Shown here in pieces: positions 14,249 through 24,180 of a stretch of 37,650 nt of DNA. The notes beneath the pieces are model-generated. The model had not been told where the DNA came from, did not search any database, and worked only from the letters and a program-made list of their open reading frames with translations. The stretch is taken from assembly GCA_031257735.1 (NCBI GenBank), contig JAIROC010000134.1, positions 1-37,650 on the forward strand. The letters are read 5' to 3'. This DNA comes from Bacteroidales bacterium. Its GTDB lineage: Bacteria > Bacteroidota > Bacteroidia > Bacteroidales > WCHB1-69. How positions within the stretch are numbered: the stretch's first letter is position 1; each line of letters opens with the position of its first letter. The position numbers were made by a program, and so were the translations under genes.

Positions 14249-16138
14249 TTATCTTTTTGTTATTTTATCTTGGTTTGGAGTTGAAAAGGGTTTTAAGAGT
14301 TCTTTCACTTCTTGCAAAATCTTTTCATAATTTTTATACACCATAGCATCCATTAACTCACGATTGGTCACAACGTCTTTGGTATCAATTATACAACTAA
14401 ATTGGGGGATTTCTTGCTCAACAGCCGGCGCATAATCAAATTGAGCGCTAAAAAATGGCGGTTTTCCATTGGCAACCTTACCAACAAAATGCCCTGTAGG
14501 CTGCCCTGCAATATCTCTTGCAATGATTACTTTTTCTTTTTTAAGAGACTCGCTTTTACTTCCCCCTCCCAAGTCTTGTGTTGTGAATGATTCAGAAACC
14601 TGATCAATATCGCCCAACAGGTCTTGAACCATTTTAGCTGTTTCATAATTGTTTGTCTGACCATATGCCTGGGTTGCGCAATTCGAACGCAATATTTTTG
14701 CTGGGTCTTCTCCTAAATTATTTTTCGCTTGCGCAAAATCCTGCAAAGCTAATATTGTAGCAACAAAATGCTTCCTCACGGTAGCGATAAAATTTTCTAA
14801 TCCTTGTAAAACGATGGTAGGAAACTCATCGATAAGAAGTACACTTTTAGATTTACCCGGATTATTCATATTAAATAATATCACAGACAAAATACAGCTA
14901 ATGGCCGGAGAAACTGCCTCCCGTATTGCCGGCGCATTTCCTATGCAGAAGAGAGCAGGATTCTTTTTGTTCGTAATATCTAAATCAAACTCTTCATCTG
15001 CTTTAGGTGAAAAAACCCAAAATATATTTCTGTTATTAAGCATGCTCAAAGGTGTTTGAGCCGATGAAACAGCTCCAGCCGTTTGCTGTTGTGCATTTAA
15101 TCTGTAAGCCGATAACATTGACGACATAGTTAAACTAATTTCTTCGTCTTGGGACAACCATTCAAAAACAGCATCAATTTCACCCAAACATATCGCTATT
15201 ACATGAGATAAAGTATTAATTCCTTTATGTCTCTCCTTATAACACTTGTAAGCAACCGAATAGACATAAGTCATCGCATTGTTCGCCCAGAAGTCCGTTT
15301 TATTTTTCCACGCAGGCTCTAAGTTTTTCATTAATGTGATAATGATGTTTCTGATGAATAGAGTCTCATTGCCCTTGGGCATATATTTTTCAGAGAAAAC
15401 ATTCACCCGGACCGTCCGGGTCATATCTATGAAATTGACAAATGCGAATTTTAGTTCACAACCATGTTGCTTTTGGAGACAGCCATAGGCAACCCTGGTT
15501 AACAGCGGAGACTTATCTTTATCCGGATCACCCTCCCAGTCATAGACACACATAGCATAATTACGTATACAACACTGTTCTATTATTGATTTTATAAATG
15601 TATCAGATTTTCCTCCTCCGGTACCCGATTCGATATAAACTCCCTGCTGGGGTTTATGAATAGTCAAATCACCCTGATCCGTTCCAAAGGTAAAATAGAA
15701 ATCACTCTTTTCATTTGTAATGCCAAAGATGGATTCTGTTTTAAAAGATTTTCTTTTGAACGCAGATATGGCATAAACAGAAACAAATAAATACAGAATA
15801 AATATACCCGGATAAATAATCAGATCATATACATCAATGCTAATACACCCCAAAATAAAGATTAATGCCAAGAGAAGTGTATTTACAAATAATATATACT
15901 TTGTTTTCTCGTCTTTAATACGCACATTGGCCGGTGCAACAAGAATAAACCCTGCATACGACGCTACAAACAAAAAGCGCATAGTAATACCCTTTGAAGC
16001 TATTTTGTCCACAAGACTATGCGTTGGCAAAAAATGCAAGTTACAATCTTTCATCCAACCAATAAGGACGAAAAAAAACAAGACTGTTAATACAATCACA
16101 ATTACTCCTGATACGTAGTGTTTTTTTTCTGATTCCAT
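14249..16138 (-). CDS. Type IV coupling protein (VirD4/TraG-TraD family)
   Basis: N-terminal TM segments, Walker A ESGTGGGKSDTF and Walker B VLLIDEFPT. Confidence 0.85.
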   Translation of the reverse strand: MESEKKHYVSGVIVIVLTVLFFFVLIGWMKDCNLHFLPTHSLVDKIASKGITMRFLFVASYAGFILVAPANVRIKDEKTKYILFVNTLLLALIFILGCISIDVYDLIIYPGIFILYLFVSVYAISAFKRKSFKTESIFGITNEKSDFYFTFGTDQGDLTIHKPQQGVYIESGTGGGKSDTFIKSIIEQCCIRNYAMCVYDWEGDPDKDKSPLLTRVAYGCLQKQHGCELKFAFVNFIDMTRTVRVNVFSEKYMPKGNETLFIRNIIITLMKNLEPAWKNKTDFWANNAMTYVYSVAYKCYKERHKGINTLSHVIAICLGEIDAVFEWLSQDEEISLTMSSMLSAYRLNAQQQTAGAVSSAQTPLSMLNNRNIFWVFSPKADEEFDLDITNKKNPALFCIGNAPAIREAVSPAISCILSVILFNMNNPGKSKSVLLIDEFPTIVLQGLENFIATVRKHFVATILALQDFAQAKNNLGEDPAKILRSNCATQAYGQTNNYETAKMVQDLLGDIDQVSESFTTQDLGGGSKSESLKKEKVIIARDIAGQPTGHFVGKVANGKPPFFSAQFDYAPAVEQEIPQFSCIIDTKDVVTNRELMDAMVYKNYEKILQEVKELLKPFSTPNQDKITKR

Positions 16139-16141
16139 GTT

Positions 16142-19100
16142 TCACATAGTCAATTCTAACGGTGACACCTTATCCTGATTAATATTCCTTTCGATGCGCT
16201 GAACAACATCTTTTAGTTCCCTTTCTACTTTCATCAATTCCTCTCTTTTAGGAAATTCATTGTGATTGACAGCGATTACACTTGTTAGCTCATGTTTCAA
16301 CTCTTTTGATATATCTGAATGTTTACTTATGATTGATTCGATTTTCTCCAAGGCTTTAATGAAATATTCTCCGGCCAATTCGGGCGTTCTAGGCATCGTA
16401 CCATTATTGTGGTGATATGGAATGTTACTCTCCGGATTAGTGATATAAAATTTATTCTCGTATGTTTCAACCCCCAGGTGGATAGTAGCCTGTGCACGGA
16501 TATTGATATCAAAACCGTAAAGTTCTCCTATTTTGAGCAGATTGACGCTATCCTTATTATCCGCTTCAACCAAGGAATTTAAAGCAATCCCGGCATCTTT
16601 TATGTTGTTATATGTTCTTAACGGGGTATTCTCTTGAATGAATATCTTACTTTTTTCTTTGTCGAGCTTTGGTATCGTAATATCTATTTTGAAAATTATG
16701 TTGCCATCCTGATCTCTTGGAATAGCATTAAACTTATTTTGGTCTGCAGTGAGTTTCTTTAATGTGCTTTCATTCTTTTCTAACTTTTCATTAAGAGAAG
16801 AAATTACGCTTTCCTTATTCCGGATTTTATCATGAAACGTTTTTTCTTCCATCTTCAACTGTGCCAGTTTACGTTCCAGTTGTGCTTTTTCCAATAGGCT
16901 ACGATCACCGGAGAGAACGGCAATATAATCATTGTAATTCATTCCGGTTTGTTCATCCATTCCTCCCTCATCAATCGTACGCACATTAATATCCTGTGAT
17001 TTTATTTGTGAGATGAAGTTATGCTTGGTCGCCTGTAAATTGAATTTATAAACATCTAATGTTTTTTCCACTGCATAGATGAATACGTCCACTTTATTAC
17101 CGGCATGATTTTTAGCGACCCAATTACCTGCTCGGACAGCACGGCCATTGCGTTGTGTAAAATCTTTGGGTGTCCAAGGTATGTCGAGATGGTGTACGGC
17201 TACGGCGCGTTGCTGGGCATTTACGCCTGTGCCAAGCATTTCAGTAGAGCCAAGACCCACGCGGATAGTTCCTTCATTCATGCCCTGTTGAAATTCCTTC
17301 TTCTTCTTAAATGTATTGAAGTTTTGGATGAATTGCACTTCGGATTCAGGAACACCGGCAGTGACTAACTTATTCTTTATTTCAGAGTAAACATCCCATT
17401 CTTTTTTGCCATCGTACGTACCTATATCACAAAAAACAAATTGAGTGCCTTTCACGTGGTCGTAGTTTTTATAATATTCAAGCAGATTTTTTACACAATT
17501 AGTTATCTTATTGTTTTCATGATCGCCAAATTTAACAGGATTGATCAATCTCATATCAATAGAGGCTTTCATTGCGGTATTTGTAGCGATGAGCATTTTT
17601 GCCCGTTCTTCCGATTCGGACAAGGGTGCACGGAAGATCAACTCACCATCAGCGGTTTTGGCAAAAGATTTGAGCCTGTCATACATATCCACCTGATCGG
17701 GGGTTTGTTCAATATGAACAAGAATTTCGTTTTTGTCTGGGCGATCTACCCCAATCATCTCTGCTGTTTTATAATCTGTTATGCCGCCATAAAAAGTCGC
17801 CAATTCAGGGACTTTACAAAAATGTCTGAAGCGCTCTTTTTGAATAATATCATTAGTCACGCTGAACTCAAATTCTTTTGACTTGACTGCGTATGTGGCC
17901 AACCAAGCGTCAAACGAAAATATACCCTGATCCTTCAGTGCTTGCGGTCTGAGATAATTGAATATATTGTATAATTCTGTTAGCGAATTTGAGATTGTTG
18001 TTCCGGAAAGGAATGTCGCTCCAAGATCGTGGCCGGTTTTCTCTTGAATGGTACGAATAGCATAAAGCATATTTTGAGACCGTTGGCTACCGAGTGGAGT
18101 ACCGAGTCCGGCTGCCCGGGTATGCCTGGTTACAAATGACAAATTTTTATACTTATGGCTCTCATCTATGAATAAATGATCTATCCCCATTGTTTTGAAA
18201 TCAATGACATTGCCTTTGTGCTGCATTAATTTGTAATTTATCGCATCCAGTTTGAAAGTAAGTTTCTCTTTTCGCTTCTCTAACTGTTTGTAGGCTTTTC
18301 GTGCTTCTTTATCATCAGTGGAAATTAAGGTGTGGAGTGATTCTTCTAGCTTGGATAGTTCTTCGTTCATGATTTTTTTCTGTACTTCCAAGGATTGAGG
18401 AATATTTTCAAACTGTTCGTGCGAAAGGATAATAACATCCCAATTATTATTTTGAATTTTAGCAAGGAAAGTATCTACGCTATCTGACTTTAACTCTTTT
18501 TTTGTGGGATACAAAACTTTTGCATTGGGATAAGCCTTTTGGTAAGTTTCGGCGATGTCATATATATTTGCCCTTAATCCAAGAATAGCCGGCTTATTGA
18601 CAAGGCCCAAACGTTTCATCTCATATGCTGCAACACATTGTATGAGCGTTTTCCCTCCACCAACCTCATGATCGACAATGCCACCACCGGTAAGCTTGAG
18701 CATAAGGATAGTGTCCTTCTGTGACGGATAAAGTTCTTTAATACCTAGATTGTCATAATTCAAATCAGGAAGAGTTTGAAAACTACCATCGAAGGAAGGC
18801 TTGACGGTATTCCTGAACTTATTATTATAAATCGTTTCCAATTCTCTTTTATTGTAAGCATGAATTGTTCCCAACCATTCTTTAAATGATCGATGCATAT
18901 CATCAATAGTGGCACTCATTTCTTGAATGCCCTTCACGTCAGGGATATGAACCTCATTATTATCAATGACTTTCTTGATTGTCATTTCCGGTATGGTATC
19001 GAGCAGGGCAAACCGGAACACCTGGTCATAGGTATAATTCCTGTTATAGGAGCGGACGCTATACTTCTGAGCTGCGTATGGGCTGTTGCTGTCACTTCTG

Positions 19101-21148
19101 TTATAGGAACTGGCGCTATGCTTTTGATGGATGGATGTACTGTGGTTGTAGCTATCTCTTTTGACGATAAAATCATCCGAACTCGGTAAGTACGTAATAC
19201 TCAAAAAATGTTTATCATGCTCATCCGTACCGGGGGGATTAAAAAGAAATTTGGAAAACTGGACATAATATTTCTCTGGAATCCAGCGTTCACCCATATT
19301 GATTCCGATTTCATTCAAGGGCAATGGCTTGGGGGTAGCATCTTCCAATGCCTTTATAGAGTTTTTAATTTCTCTTACTTTTTCAGCATCACCACTGAAT
19401 TGTTCTAAATAGGATCGCAGCAATTCCTGCTTTTCAATCACATTCCCGGATATGAATATGGCAGCGATCTGATACTCATCCGTTACAGGATTATAGTATA
19501 TCTGTTTACTATCAAGAAGTTCATTTTTTACATCTTCTTCTAATTTGCCACTCAACAGACCGATATAGGCTAAATCAATGAAATTAAGCTCATTCAGAGA
19601 GACATTTAGCGCTTCATTGACGGTTAATTCATCGACTCTCTTTCTTATCGATACAGGTTCAAAAAAAATGTCTGACTTCTCAATATCATTACCTTTTCGC
19701 CTTTCCAGTCCAATCAGTTCCAAATAGTCACCGTCTTCACTAATTAGGATATTTCTACTGTTCAACAGAAAATCATATTCTACAATAAACGAATTATAAA
19801 GATCGTTTAAACGTTCTCTTGCAACAGCATTTTCTTTCTGGGTGTTCTTTTCGGTGTCTCTCAATTCAAAATAGGCCTCTTTTAATTCTGAATACCTGTC
19901 ATGTTCAATTTTTTCGGCATCTGTTTCCGGATTGGATGGGATTTCCATCTGTTGAGAATAAAACATCGTATCGTTAAATAGAGAGAGTTGTCCGGATGGA
20001 GAAGGTGAAAACGGTGAAATTATTTTTTCCTGAAGGCTATAATATAATTCATGGTTGAAGTTTGTAGCCATATCAGACTGAATTATTTTTTTCATCTTTT
20101 GAGCAATGATCATTTCCCCGCCCTCTTGGTGAAAAATGGTCGTTTCTCTTCCGAATTGATTGGGTTTTACTTCAACTTTAGAAAACACAACATTGGTTAG
20201 CTCCTGATGATAGTAGTCGTTAATAACATTTTTATTCCCGGAGGATATAAAAAGTTTCTCTTTGTCAGAGAGTTTTTTGTCTCGCAGGCTATCCTTTTGC
20301 AAAATGATCATATCCGATGCTACTTCTATACCACCGGTGTTTATAAATAAATTATTAGGCAGTCTTACTGCAGAGATCAAATGTGATTCTTTTAGCAATG
20401 CTCGGCGTAAAAATTCATTCCCCGAACTATCCATTACACCCGTACTGCTAATGAAGGCAAGTACCCCGCCGTCCTGCAGCATGTCCATTCCTTTGAAGAA
20501 AAAATAATTATGGATACTCCGGGATGATTCTCTGCGGGCCTTATCTTTACCGTTAACGAAAATAGGGTCAAAGACAGGAACCGTCCCGAAGGGAATATTT
20601 GAAACTACAAGATCAAATGAGCGTTCATATTTTCGTGGGAGCTTCTCGAAACCCTGTATCATGATTTCTTTATCCGGATGGAGAGCTGAGAGGATTTTAC
20701 CGGTAATCAAATCTTTTTCAATAGCTGTCTTCTCATTGGCATGTATATGGTCGAGAAAAACCCCGGCTCCAGCACTTGGTTCCAGCATCCTCTGAAAGGA
20801 TATATCTTTTAATATCTCATTTAGGGAGGAAACAACCTCATGCGGTGTGTAAAATGATGTAAGAACACTATTTTTAATGGATAATAGATATTTCTCATAT
20901 TCCGATTTATTATCCTGAGTATATAAAGAAAGAACCTGATGAAGATGTTTTATTGGTTCAATCAGGTTCCTATCACTATCACTGAATAAATCAGGTTTAT
21001 TCGAAGGGAGTAAAACTGCTTTTATTCCACCAAACCCTTGATAGCTTCTTAATATCTCCTTTTCTTGCTCTGAAATTACATTTCCGGATAAAGCAATCTC
21101 AATAGCCCGGATATTATTCTCCAAGACCTGTTTTTTGTTATAGGCCAT
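16142..21148 (-). CDS. Fused N6-adenine DNA methyltransferase / SF2 (SNF2/DEAD-like) helicase, 1668 aa
   Basis: Methyltransferase motif I LEPSAGAGVF and motif IV VVSNIPFG. Helicase Walker A DHEVGGGKT, motif II LFIDESHKYKN, then LGTGVNAQ and motif VI QRNGRAVRAGN. Confidence 0.85.
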   Translation of the reverse strand: MAYNKKQVLENNIRAIEIALSGNVISEQEKEILRSYQGFGGIKAVLLPSNKPDLFSDSDRNLIEPIKHLHQVLSLYTQDNKSEYEKYLLSIKNSVLTSFYTPHEVVSSLNEILKDISFQRMLEPSAGAGVFLDHIHANEKTAIEKDLITGKILSALHPDKEIMIQGFEKLPRKYERSFDLVVSNIPFGTVPVFDPIFVNGKDKARRESSRSIHNYFFFKGMDMLQDGGVLAFISSTGVMDSSGNEFLRRALLKESHLISAVRLPNNLFINTGGIEVASDMIILQKDSLRDKKLSDKEKLFISSGNKNVINDYYHQELTNVVFSKVEVKPNQFGRETTIFHQEGGEMIIAQKMKKIIQSDMATNFNHELYYSLQEKIISPFSPSPSGQLSLFNDTMFYSQQMEIPSNPETDAEKIEHDRYSELKEAYFELRDTEKNTQKENAVARERLNDLYNSFIVEYDFLLNSRNILISEDGDYLELIGLERRKGNDIEKSDIFFEPVSIRKRVDELTVNEALNVSLNELNFIDLAYIGLLSGKLEEDVKNELLDSKQIYYNPVTDEYQIAAIFISGNVIEKQELLRSYLEQFSGDAEKVREIKNSIKALEDATPKPLPLNEIGINMGERWIPEKYYVQFSKFLFNPPGTDEHDKHFLSITYLPSSDDFIVKRDSYNHSTSIHQKHSASSYNRSDSNSPYAAQKYSVRSYNRNYTYDQVFRFALLDTIPEMTIKKVIDNNEVHIPDVKGIQEMSATIDDMHRSFKEWLGTIHAYNKRELETIYNNKFRNTVKPSFDGSFQTLPDLNYDNLGIKELYPSQKDTILMLKLTGGGIVDHEVGGGKTLIQCVAAYEMKRLGLVNKPAILGLRANIYDIAETYQKAYPNAKVLYPTKKELKSDSVDTFLAKIQNNNWDVIILSHEQFENIPQSLEVQKKIMNEELSKLEESLHTLISTDDKEARKAYKQLEKRKEKLTFKLDAINYKLMQHKGNVIDFKTMGIDHLFIDESHKYKNLSFVTRHTRAAGLGTPLGSQRSQNMLYAIRTIQEKTGHDLGATFLSGTTISNSLTELYNIFNYLRPQALKDQGIFSFDAWLATYAVKSKEFEFSVTNDIIQKERFRHFCKVPELATFYGGITDYKTAEMIGVDRPDKNEILVHIEQTPDQVDMYDRLKSFAKTADGELIFRAPLSESEERAKMLIATNTAMKASIDMRLINPVKFGDHENNKITNCVKNLLEYYKNYDHVKGTQFVFCDIGTYDGKKEWDVYSEIKNKLVTAGVPESEVQFIQNFNTFKKKKEFQQGMNEGTIRVGLGSTEMLGTGVNAQQRAVAVHHLDIPWTPKDFTQRNGRAVRAGNWVAKNHAGNKVDVFIYAVEKTLDVYKFNLQATKHNFISQIKSQDINVRTIDEGGMDEQTGMNYNDYIAVLSGDRSLLEKAQLERKLAQLKMEEKTFHDKIRNKESVISSLNEKLEKNESTLKKLTADQNKFNAIPRDQDGNIIFKIDITIPKLDKEKSKIFIQENTPLRTYNNIKDAGIALNSLVEADNKDSVNLLKIGELYGFDINIRAQATIHLGVETYENKFYITNPESNIPYHHNNGTMPRTPELAGEYFIKALEKIESIISKHSDISKELKHELTSVIAVNHNEFPKREELMKVERELKDVVQRIERNINQDKVSPLELTM

Positions 21149-21173
21149 AAATTAGTGGGTTATCAAATTTGAC

Positions 21174-22247
21174 TTAAATGTTTATAGCGGAGATAATCAC
21201 TCGATTTTTTATCTTGAAATTGATATGTCTACCACCTCCCCTTTCATATATCTCTATTTTGAAAACTTTCCGGTCAGGAATGGTAAACTTGTCGAAGACC
21301 AGGACGAATTTATGATCTTCATTTGCTTTAATCTGTGTTTTTAGGTTATACTCATATTTGTTGTTAATAACAGTTTCTTGTTGTACCGCATCCCGGAGTT
21401 CTTTCTGATCAATCAAAAAACATTTAATGAAATCAATATCGAGATTGATATTTGATGAATTCTTGATTTCAAAAACGAAATAAAAAAGTTCGTTCCGAAT
21501 AAAAAGGTTGTTCAAGGAAAACTCAAATTTGTTTTTCTTAAAGCCCTTATTGATTATATTTCGTTTAGCTTCAATCGCTTTCTTGCATATTGTTTCTACC
21601 GTCTCTTCATTCATATTAACTTTGGCTACAGATTCGCTCTCATCAGAGAGATTATACACATAGCTAAGAGCATAGTCAACGACGACAGCTACATTATAGC
21701 AGATACCTTTCTCGTCGACACAGAACAGATTGGAGTAATCTTCACTTGATAACTCCTTTAAAGGTGCTATTTTGATTATATTGCCAGCAGAGGTTTTTTC
21801 TGCAGAAAAGGCTTGGTCATTTCCCTCACGAAAGTAGATAATCTTACCCGGGAAGATAATATGCGCTACGTTTTGAGTGTTGACCTGAACAGTCGCTTTT
21901 TTTGCCTCAGTAGCTGAATCCGGATAGAAAACTGAAGGGTCATTGATTTTAGCTTTATAAAAAATGCCGTATGTGTATATCTCACCTGACTTTGAAATGA
22001 TCGTTAAGTTAGTTGCTGCAGTGAAATTTTCTTCCATCGCGATGACGCGGACAATATTAGGGGATTCAGGAATAATTTCCGCCTCGATATACTTACTCCC
22101 TGTCGAAACATACTCAACCGTATTTGATAAAACAAAGTGCAACGCCCGATCAAAATCAATGCTAATCATTTCTGATGTGATCACTGTTTGAGCATAGAAT
22201 ACTTTAGGAAAAAATAAAGCAAACAGAAGAATTATTCTTAGGGTCAT
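21174..22247 (-). CDS. traN: Conjugative transfer protein TraN (DUF4138 family)
   Basis: Start trimmed to MTLRIILLFALFFPKVFYAQ (signal peptide), which overlaps the upstream stop (ATGA). The segment NLTIISKSGEIYTYGIFY matches the TraN pattern. Confidence 0.7.
   Translation of the reverse strand: MTLRIILLFALFFPKVFYAQTVITSEMISIDFDRALHFVLSNTVEYVSTGSKYIEAEIIPESPNIVRVIAMEENFTAATNLTIISKSGEIYTYGIFYKAKINDPSVFYPDSATEAKKATVQVNTQNVAHIIFPGKIIYFREGNDQAFSAEKTSAGNIIKIAPLKELSSEDYSNLFCVDEKGICYNVAVVVDYALSYVYNLSDESESVAKVNMNEETVETICKKAIEAKRNIINKGFKKNKFEFSLNNLFIRNELFYFVFEIKNSSNINLDIDFIKCFLIDQKELRDAVQQETVINNKYEYNLKTQIKANEDHKFVLVFDKFTIPDRKVFKIEIYERGGGRHINFKIKNRVIISAINI
22199..22214 (+). repeat. Core of the ACTTTAGGAAAAAA repeat, copy 3 (inside the traN signal-peptide codons)
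   Basis: ATACTTTAGGAAAAAA. Confidence 0.7.
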
Positions 22248-22477
22248 AATATGGTATTTAATATATTGGTGACAATTGAGATAATTATTGTTAGGCACAA
22301 TAGAATACAGAGAGTTTTGAACTTCTTTACTTTGAATAATTTTTTAGATAACTTTTTTATATCCTCCGGAGAATCATTGGCTTTTTGTTGATTTTTGATA
22401 TAGAAACATAAGTAAATGAATAGGGATATTCCTATTGTTGAGCTAATCTGATTAGCCCAAATGATAACTTCTGCCAT
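22244..22477 (-). CDS. Small membrane protein (77 aa, two TM segments)
   Basis: Hydrophobic N- and C-terminal segments. Tightly packed between traM and traN. Confidence 0.45.
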   Translation of the reverse strand: MAEVIIWANQISSTIGISLFIYLCFYIKNQQKANDSPEDIKKLSKKLFKVKKFKTLCILLCLTIIISIVTNILNTIL

Positions 22478-22478
22478 T

Positions 22479-23588
22479 TTACTTTGATTTTTTTATGTAT
22501 AATAAATAATTTGCCTTTAATGGGATGCTAATTTGATTCTGATCTTTCTTGATGACGTCTTTAACTGTGTTAAGTCCGGTAGAGAGAAGTCCGCTGATCC
22601 CACCGGCGTGACTTTGAAGATCAATATTGTTTGTTACATCCTTTTTTGCTTGCTTGGCTAACTCTTTTTTTATGCCATCCGGAATATTTAACCCCTTTAT
22701 GACATCAAGATCGTAAATTTCAAATTTGACGGAACGGATGGTATTGCTTACCCGCATATTGGATACTGCAATGTTTAACCGGTCGGAAGAAATACTTGCA
22801 ACCCCATAGAATAACTCATTAGCCGGAATAATCAACCCGTCAATTTCAACTTCATCCAATAGTCTCATTCGGACAGTTGAACCATTTTGTACCGTCTGGT
22901 TGCCATGGATGGCAGCACGGATTAAATTTGATTCAACACTTTTATTGGTGTGTTGACGTCTTCTTCTGGTGTCGTCAGGTGTCTTTGTTTCTTCTTCAGG
23001 AAAATCGACAGTTTCTTCTTTGGTTTCTTCTTCAGAATTTGCAGGATGCTCTATTGGCCTTTTAGAAACTCTTGTTGAAGGAGGTTCTGATTTATATTGG
23101 TCTGCTTTTTCCTTTACGGCTTGATACTGCGCTTGTAAATCGTTTTGGCTTTCTTCCTCTTCAGAATCTATCATCTGTTTGTTCCATGAGTCTGCTAAGG
23201 CTAGCCGGTTGGACTTCGTAGAGGTTTTATTATTAATAACTGCTCTCTCGTAATAATCCCCAAGGCTCTCATTCTTTTTCATCGGAATGGCTTCTTTTTC
23301 AACCGTACCCACTTCTTTAAAAAAATCAGAATTTTTGACGACGGATTGTTTTTCTAATTGAATATCCTTTTTTCGTTTTTTTTCTTCTGCCTGGTAAGCG
23401 CTTACCTTACTATCATAGACATCCTCTTCTTCCGCATTTGGCAAAAGGGTGTAGGCTGCATTTTTTTCTTCCGGGATATTTTCTTTTTTCGCTTTTATTA
23501 CGAATAAAAGTAGCGTTAAAAGTAGGATAACAGGCAGCCCGATAATCAGTGCATTCTTTGTAGAGAGCTTATTGATTCTTTGTTTCAT
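22479..23588 (-). CDS. traM: Conjugative transfer protein TraM (VirB10-like)
   Basis: N-terminal TM segment and an acidic/Lys-rich linker. The C-terminal IRAAIHGNQTVQNGSTVRMRLLDEVEIDGLIIPANELFYGVASI...EIYDLDVIKGLNIP fits TraM. Confidence 0.75.
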   Translation of the reverse strand: MKQRINKLSTKNALIIGLPVILLLTLLLFVIKAKKENIPEEKNAAYTLLPNAEEEDVYDSKVSAYQAEEKKRKKDIQLEKQSVVKNSDFFKEVGTVEKEAIPMKKNESLGDYYERAVINNKTSTKSNRLALADSWNKQMIDSEEEESQNDLQAQYQAVKEKADQYKSEPPSTRVSKRPIEHPANSEEETKEETVDFPEEETKTPDDTRRRRQHTNKSVESNLIRAAIHGNQTVQNGSTVRMRLLDEVEIDGLIIPANELFYGVASISSDRLNIAVSNMRVSNTIRSVKFEIYDLDVIKGLNIPDGIKKELAKQAKKDVTNNIDLQSHAGGISGLLSTGLNTVKDVIKKDQNQISIPLKANYLLYIKKSK

Positions 23589-24177
23589 AATAGGTGACTT
23601 TCCAATCGTTTATTTTACAACCTTGTATGTTCTTCCGGCTACGGGACACATCATATAATGTAAAGGTTGCCCTTATTCCTCTGGACAGAGAGCCTCGAGC
23701 GCGATAGCCGGTTTGGATACCTTCTATAAAACCGGAGATAGGAATGGTAGACATATCAATTCCAATATCTGTAATAGAAACGCCATACCGGATATTTTTC
23801 TGTATAAGCGTGTTAAGCATGTCCAAATCGGTGTATTCATTTAACAACTCTTTTCCCTGATCTGAGATGAGTTCAAGCGCTTCTGCTATATTCGTTTCAT
23901 AGGTGTTTTCATCAAATGAGTACCATTTCATGAAGAATGTTTTTACATGTGCCTCGTACTCGAACATTCGCATTTGACCGGCTTCTACGGTATTCACCAT
24001 ATAGGCTTGCCCCTTGGTATCGAATATATAAGTTTTTGTATAGGCATCATCTATTTTATTGGATACAATGAGAAAAGATGTAATGAAGGCAACCAATAAA
24101 ACTACGGCAAAGAAAAACATAAGAACTCTTGTTTGTTTCATTGCGGTATCTATATTTCTTGTTCTGATTAAATCCAT
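23569..24177 (-). CDS. traK: Conjugative transfer protein TraK
   Basis: 202 aa with an N-terminal TM segment. TYIFDTKGQAYMV...HVKTFFMKWYSF...ALELISD resembles TraK. Confidence 0.7.
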   Translation of the reverse strand: MDLIRTRNIDTAMKQTRVLMFFFAVVLLVAFITSFLIVSNKIDDAYTKTYIFDTKGQAYMVNTVEAGQMRMFEYEAHVKTFFMKWYSFDENTYETNIAEALELISDQGKELLNEYTDLDMLNTLIQKNIRYGVSITDIGIDMSTIPISGFIEGIQTGYRARGSLSRGIRATFTLYDVSRSRKNIQGCKINDWKVTYYETKNQ

Positions 24178-24180
24178 AGC

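Noticed and set aside
17441-17881. Plus-strand ORFs lying antisense inside long minus-strand genes. Examples: 17105..17368, 17441..17881, 18893..19189, 24401..24805, 33264..33608, 14814..15059 and 27119..27388.
   Set aside because: They lie entirely within well-supported genes with clear family motifs on the other strand. They have low-complexity or odd composition and no recognisable motifs, so they are most likely frame shadows.
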